DNA of 20,000 nt from an uncultured virus (IMG/VR IMGVR_UViG_3300002219_000133) (lineage: Duplodnaviria > Heunggongvirae > Uroviricota > Caudoviricetes): IMG/VR virus record IMGVR_UViG_3300002219_000133. One strand, given 5' to 3'. The position numbers were made by a program, and so were the translations under genes. Within the stretch, counting starts at the first letter, position 1; each line of letters begins with the position of its first letter. The notes under the pieces were generated by a model that made no database searches, was not told the DNA's origin, and was given only the letters and a program-made list of their open reading frames with translations. Positions 16,158 through 20,000 of this stretch are shown here, piece after piece.

Positions 16158-17465
16158 TTATATTATTTCTCCTCTTTTCCAAAACATTGTAGCGGACCTG
16201 GTCGTACCAACATTTCCATCTTCATTCATTAATCCAATATATTTATTTATTAACATCTTATTTGTGTCTAAATTATTAATAGATATCGCCGACTCCAAAA
16301 CTTCAGTTAATGAAACTAGATAGGCCGTTACAAATGGAGTTGTTACATGTCCGTCAACAAAATGTTTTCCATCTGCTGATATTGATAATCCATAACCAGC
16401 GCCCGTTGGGTTTAAATCCTGAACCACTGATTGTTCATACCTATTGTTAGATTCATTCCACTTATACGTTGCAAGATACGGCGAACTAAAAAGACCAATA
16501 ACTAAAAATTGTCCATCTGCTGTCATAGCATTTCCTCGGGTACTAACAGATGGATATACATTTGGATTAGCAGTTGCTTCATATCTATTGTTTATTTCAT
16601 TCCATTTATATGTTAATAAATAAGGAGAATTTAAACAACATAATGCTAAAAATTGGCCATTAGCTGATAGCGAGCAGCCATAAACACTTCCGCCCGGAAT
16701 AACATTAACATTTGCAGTGGCGTCATATCGATTTAAAGTATTATTCCATTTATACGTGATAATATATGGTGAATCTGTTGAAAATCCAACCGCTAAAAAT
16801 TGGCCATCGCCTGACATATCGGTGGCGAACGCGTGATTGCGCGGTTTATCAGACATTATTGGTGTTGCAGCATATTGATTATTTAATTCATCCCATTTAT
16901 AAGTTTTTAAAAAAGGATCAAAATTATGCGTGATTGCTAAAAATTGCCCATCTGATGATATTGTGATACCATTTGCACCTCCGGCCGGATTTTCATTTGG
17001 TGCTGTTGTAATTTCATATCTATTATTTAATTCATTCCATTTATAAGTTTTTAAAAATGGCGTTGTATCATATGCCACAGCCAAAAATTGTCCATCAGCA
17101 GATAATGCAGCTCCATAACTTGCTCCGGTCGGTAAAGAATTTGGAGCACTAGTGACTTCATATCTATTATTAGATTCACTCCACTTATACGTTTTTAAAT
17201 ATGGGGATGAAATGAATGCTATGGCTAAAAATTGACCATCGGCCGATAATGAGGATCCTCTGACCGTGTTTGTTGGAAGCTCATTAACATCAGCGCATTT
17301 TAAAAATTGTGTAATATCTGAAATGATGCTAGTATTTATTATTGCATCGCCCTGTAATAAATTTTCGCCAAGCATAACATCTTTTAAAAAAGTATTATTT
17401 ATGTCATACCCGTCTCCGCTCGAGCCTCCGCCTATTAATCCATGTAAATATTGATCGCTTGACAT
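16158..17465 (-). CDS. 7-bladed WD40-like beta-propeller virion protein, paralog A
   Basis: Seven ~45-47 aa DGQFLA repeats; GAGGT RBS; TATAAATA upstream. Confidence 0.82.
   Translation of the reverse strand: MSSDQYLHGLIGGGSSGDGYDINNTFLKDVMLGENLLQGDAIINTSIISDITQFLKCADVNELPTNTVRGSSLSADGQFLAIAFISSPYLKTYKWSESNNRYEVTSAPNSLPTGASYGAALSADGQFLAVAYDTTPFLKTYKWNELNNRYEITTAPNENPAGGANGITISSDGQFLAITHNFDPFLKTYKWDELNNQYAATPIMSDKPRNHAFATDMSGDGQFLAVGFSTDSPYIITYKWNNTLNRYDATANVNVIPGGSVYGCSLSANGQFLALCCLNSPYLLTYKWNEINNRYEATANPNVYPSVSTRGNAMTADGQFLVIGLFSSPYLATYKWNESNNRYEQSVVQDLNPTGAGYGLSISADGKHFVDGHVTTPFVTAYLVSLTEVLESAISINNLDTNKMLINKYIGLMNEDGNVGTTRSATMFWKRGEII
17345..17460. repeat. 116-bp direct repeat, copy 2 (5' end of propeller paralog A)
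   Basis: Matches 16035..16150. Confidence 0.9.
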
Positions 17466-17479
17466 GCGTTATACCTCTT

Positions 17480-17487
17480 TATTTATA
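17480..17487 (-). promoter_or_regulatory. T4-type late promoter TATAAATA
   Basis: Exact TATAAATA 14 nt upstream of ATG 17465. Confidence 0.6.
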
Positions 17488-17572
17488 GATAATTGGTGAT
17501 TAACATCATAACCAATCCAACCGAAATCGACATAGCCAGAAGATTTAAAGCAAATTTAATAAAGCTATTCAT
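17483..17572 (-). CDS. 29-aa single-transmembrane peptide; not in ORF track
   Basis: GAGGAG-5nt-ATG; MNSFIKFALNLLAMSISVGLVMMLITNYL*; fills the gap. Confidence 0.7.
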   Translation of the reverse strand: MNSFIKFALNLLAMSISVGLVMMLITNYL

Positions 17573-17574
17573 TT

Positions 17575-18564
17575 TTACTCCTCTGAAATATATAGATAAC
17601 TTCCGCCATTTGTCCCAGCTAATATTTTATAATTAGACATTTTGCAAAAAACTGCTGGCGTGCCAATTAACGTTTTCTTAGTTGCATAATTCAAACTTGA
17701 ATCATCACTCTTTAAAATTGAATCTGTTAAACCAATAATCGAATTAGTTGGTCCAATAGCAAGAGCTTCAGAAATTCGTGTGATTGCATCCATTGTTACT
17801 GTTATATCATCAGACCAGGTTACGCCGTCAGTGGTTGTTTTCATTATAATTGCTGATCCATTTGACAATATGCTATAAACAGTATTTCCAATTTTAAAAA
17901 TCTGATTATAAATATTACCAGTTCCAGCGAATTGTAACGTTTGTGTTACAACATTTGTTGTAGTATTTATTGTGACTAATCGATAATAATTTGTTCCAGC
18001 ATAAGTAAAAATCCAAGTATTATCATCTAATTTAATACCCGGAGAATGAATCCAAGTCGAAGCTCCAGTCGGACCCATTTCATATGTTGCTTGACTAAAT
18101 ACTTCTTGATCCATATCCATTTTAAACTTATAAACAACACCAAGATAAGTTTGTGAACAATATAAAATACTGGAGTCTATTCCTTCTCCTGCAATATGAT
18201 AATTATTATGATTGACTGCGATTGTTGATCTAGTGAAAGTATCTGATAATGCTGGTTTAATCCACACTCCGTTATCATCAGCGCAAGCAATTCTTTGATT
18301 TGAAATTTCGATAATTCGCCCGAATCTTGTTGCTAACGTTCCTGACAATGAACATTCGGTAAAATTAATCAAATTGCTTGTTTTATAAATTTTATTGCTC
18401 GTGCTTATATAAACAAATCCATCAGAGCCATCAACTATGCCATATATTGCTGAAGCAATTGGACTTGTAATTGCTGTCCATACATTGCCATAAACTGGAG
18501 GAATAAATGGAGATGTTGATCTTTTTCCAACTAAACCATGAAGCAATTGTGTATAGAATTTCAT
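17575..18564 (-). CDS. beta-rich (BNR/Asp-box-like propeller) putative virion protein
   Basis: KTTTDGVTW Asp-box-like motif, repeated beta patterns; N-terminal QLLHGLVG shared with the propeller paralogs. Confidence 0.65.
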   Translation of the reverse strand: MKFYTQLLHGLVGKRSTSPFIPPVYGNVWTAITSPIASAIYGIVDGSDGFVYISTSNKIYKTSNLINFTECSLSGTLATRFGRIIEISNQRIACADDNGVWIKPALSDTFTRSTIAVNHNNYHIAGEGIDSSILYCSQTYLGVVYKFKMDMDQEVFSQATYEMGPTGASTWIHSPGIKLDDNTWIFTYAGTNYYRLVTINTTTNVVTQTLQFAGTGNIYNQIFKIGNTVYSILSNGSAIIMKTTTDGVTWSDDITVTMDAITRISEALAIGPTNSIIGLTDSILKSDDSSLNYATKKTLIGTPAVFCKMSNYKILAGTNGGSYLYISEE

Positions 18565-18573
18565 TTGAAAACC

Positions 18574-18975
18574 TTATTCTTCAGTATAATATTGAGTTGA
18601 TACCCAAGTTTCTCCAACCCATTCATCTGTTACTTCATCATAATTTTGAGTATAAACAGAAACGGCCAATACGAATAAAGTTTCGCTATATTCAGTTTGA
18701 GTTCTTGTTGTATATTTTGGTGTTGTTCCACCAGAAAGAACTGATGTTCTTCTCAAATTTCCAATGGTGTCAAAATATTCTAATTTAGTATAGATGTTAT
18801 TCTCATCAACCAAGCTTCTAGTTACTGAATCGATTGCATATTCTTGATGAACTATTACTTGCTTTTCAGCGAATAAATAACTAAATGCTTCAATAAATAA
18901 ATTCATAACAGTTGACATTGATTCATTGGCCCAGGCAATTATTCCACGTAAACTGACATTTGTTGGATCAGCCAT
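18574..18975 (-). CDS. tail-associated protein (SVLSGGTxPxYTTRT domain)
   Basis: DENNIYTKLEY...SVLSGGTTPKYTTRTQTEY motif resembles Firmicute phage tail proteins; AGGAG RBS. Confidence 0.65.
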   Translation of the reverse strand: MADPTNVSLRGIIAWANESMSTVMNLFIEAFSYLFAEKQVIVHQEYAIDSVTRSLVDENNIYTKLEYFDTIGNLRRTSVLSGGTTPKYTTRTQTEYSETLFVLAVSVYTQNYDEVTDEWVGETWVSTQYYTEE

Positions 18976-18989
18976 AATTTTCTCCTAAT

Positions 18990-19020
18990 AAAAAATAAAA
19001 CAGTATTTCTACTGTTTTAT
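18990..19020 (-). terminator. rho-independent terminator with GAAA tetraloop
   Basis: ATAAAACAGTA-GAAA-TACTGTTTTAT-TTTTT. Confidence 0.7.
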
Positions 19021-19033
19021 ATACTTAGAATTT

Positions 19034-19189
19034 TTACTTTTTTAATAACATCAGCGTTGTTGCATTTCTAAGATAAATCATACAACAACTTGAGCAGATA
19101 TTACTATGTTCTCTAGTTTTTTCATTATAAGTCAAATATATTTCTTTTTTAAATGACTTACATTTGGTGCAATACTTCTCATTTTCCAT
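19034..19189 (-). CDS. 51-aa CxxC...CxxC zinc-finger protein; not in ORF track
   Basis: MENEKYCTKCKSFKKEIYLTYNEKTREHSNICSSCCMIYLRN...; overlaps the upstream stop. Confidence 0.65.
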   Translation of the reverse strand: MENEKYCTKCKSFKKEIYLTYNEKTREHSNICSSCCMIYLRNATTLMLLKK

Positions 19190-19292
19190 TTGTTATTTTT
19201 GTTAGAAGATTCTTAAATTCTGCTGTTTTTGTTTCAAGACCCTTAAATGCATTCTTGTCAATAACTTCTTTGAAATCATCTTTGTCATTCAT
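19179..19292 (-). CDS. 37-aa hypothetical protein; not in ORF track
   Basis: AGGAG-7nt-ATG; MNDKDDFKEVIDKNAFKGLETKTAEFKNLLTKITNGK*. Confidence 0.6.
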   Translation of the reverse strand: MNDKDDFKEVIDKNAFKGLETKTAEFKNLLTKITNGK

Positions 19293-19329
19293 AAATAAAC
19301 TCCTAAAAATCAAATTTTAGAACATTTTT

Positions 19330-19358
19330 AATATACCATAAAAATTGAATTTTTAATT
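19330..19358 (-). promoter_or_regulatory. putative WATTAA-N17-TATWWT promoter
   Basis: AATTAA 19358-19353, 17 nt, TATATT 19335-19330 with TGn extension. Confidence 0.5.
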
Positions 19359-19688
19359 AGGAATTTCTGGTTCTGGAATAGTTTGTTGCTTAACCATTTT
19401 AATCATTACTGTATCAGTGAAACATATTTTATCATTTAAAATGTATCTAACATCGAAATAGAGGTTTTCAAGAGGCCAGTCTGATGTATCTACATAAGAT
19501 AGCTTATAAGTTCCAAGAACAGCCGTTTCTGACACCAAGAGATCAACAATAACATCATCATTATCTGTTCTTATTTGAGATGATATATTTTCTAATAATA
19601 AATTATCAATATTATCATCATCGGCAGCCAAAACAAGTTGATTATATTCAAATGTTGAGCCTCTTTTAAATGTCATATATCTTTTCAT
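19353..19688 (-). CDS. putative virion protein (BppU N-terminal-like)
   Basis: FKRGSTF...ISSQIR...TSDWP...YFDVRY motifs typical of phage baseplate/fibre adaptor domains. Confidence 0.6.
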   Translation of the reverse strand: MKRYMTFKRGSTFEYNQLVLAADDDNIDNLLLENISSQIRTDNDDVIVDLLVSETAVLGTYKLSYVDTSDWPLENLYFDVRYILNDKICFTDTVMIKMVKQQTIPEPEIPN

Positions 19689-19903
19689 ATTAATTCATCT
19701 TCTATAATTGGATTATTTAATTCAAATTCAGTTTTTTTAGCTTCATCTAATACAAATTCATTATTCTCTAATTTATAATAACCACACATAACATCAGAAG
19801 GTATTGTTCCAACTTCAATTCTTGTATATTCTGGTGGGGCTGGAGAAATCATAGTAAGATCAGATACATATCCATTTTCATCTAATTTAATGTTATAAAA
19901 CAT
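19685..19903 (-). CDS. small tail-fibre-associated protein (DUF2977-like)
   Basis: IKLDENGYV...IPSDVMCGYYKLENNEFVLDE; AAAGGAG RBS. Confidence 0.6.
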   Translation of the reverse strand: MFYNIKLDENGYVSDLTMISPAPPEYTRIEVGTIPSDVMCGYYKLENNEFVLDEAKKTEFELNNPIIEDELI

Positions 19904-19913
19904 AAAATCTCCT

Positions 19914-20000
19914 TTAATTTCTTTTCCAAATTGATATTAAATCTACTGTATCAGAAGCAGATCCTGATTCCGAAAGAACACCAAAAGTTTGAGTTAAAAG
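19914..20000 (-). CDS. 3' end of a probable third family member (partial)
   Basis: ...LLTQTFGVLSESGSASDTVDLISIWKRN*, which aligns with the C-termini IGLMNEDGNVGTTRSATMFWKR and IGILNEDGNIGETKVATMLW. Confidence 0.65.
   Translation of the reverse strand, partial: LLTQTFGVLSESGSASDTVDLISIWKRN

Noticed and set aside
16156..16182. ORF-track start at 16182 (and 12134)
   Set aside because: Downstream ATGs (16155, 12101) have a proper RBS, avoid overlap and, for 16155, match the paralog start
15280..17240. CRISPR-like regularly spaced repeats
   Set aside because: They are degenerate in-frame ~135-141 bp coding repeats of propeller blades
14860..17465. Diversity-generating retroelement TR/VR pair or invertase shufflon
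   Set aside because: No reverse transcriptase or recombinase in the window; mismatches are not adenine-specific; the repeats are direct and at the 5' ends
1..20000. Stop-codon recoding
   Set aside because: Conserved genes are full length in the standard code; TAA, TGA and TAG all end genes at sensible boundaries; no suppressor tRNA

Overview
A 20 kb segment of a very AT-rich, densely coding genome of a large T4-like myovirus. Almost all genes are on the minus strand. The left two-thirds is a replication region: NAD+-dependent DNA ligase (LigA type), gp32-like SSB, putative gp59 and gp33, a DHH phosphoesterase, a gp41-like helicase, a metallophosphoesterase, a free-standing GIY-YIG homing endonuclease, and two tRNAs (Leu-UAA, Gln-UUG). 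The right third is a virion/tail-accessory cluster containing a paralogous family of beta-propeller proteins with conserved termini; its small genes resemble Firmicute phage tail genes. Main observations: (1) a non-canonical promoter-like motif WATTAA-N17-TATWWT occurs at 7 sites, mostly upstream of replication genes, next to early (GTTTACA-N17) and late (TAAATA) classes; (2) 7-bladed propellers appear inserted into a split cement/decoration-like domain with near-identical DNA anchors; (3) a signal-peptide-bearing fibre-like protein sits next to a membrane-anchored transglutaminase-like protein; (4) a 21-bp perfect inverted repeat contains the putative helicase promoter; (5) several small ORFs are missing from the ORF track. 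All family assignments come from motif recognition by eye, not from database searches.
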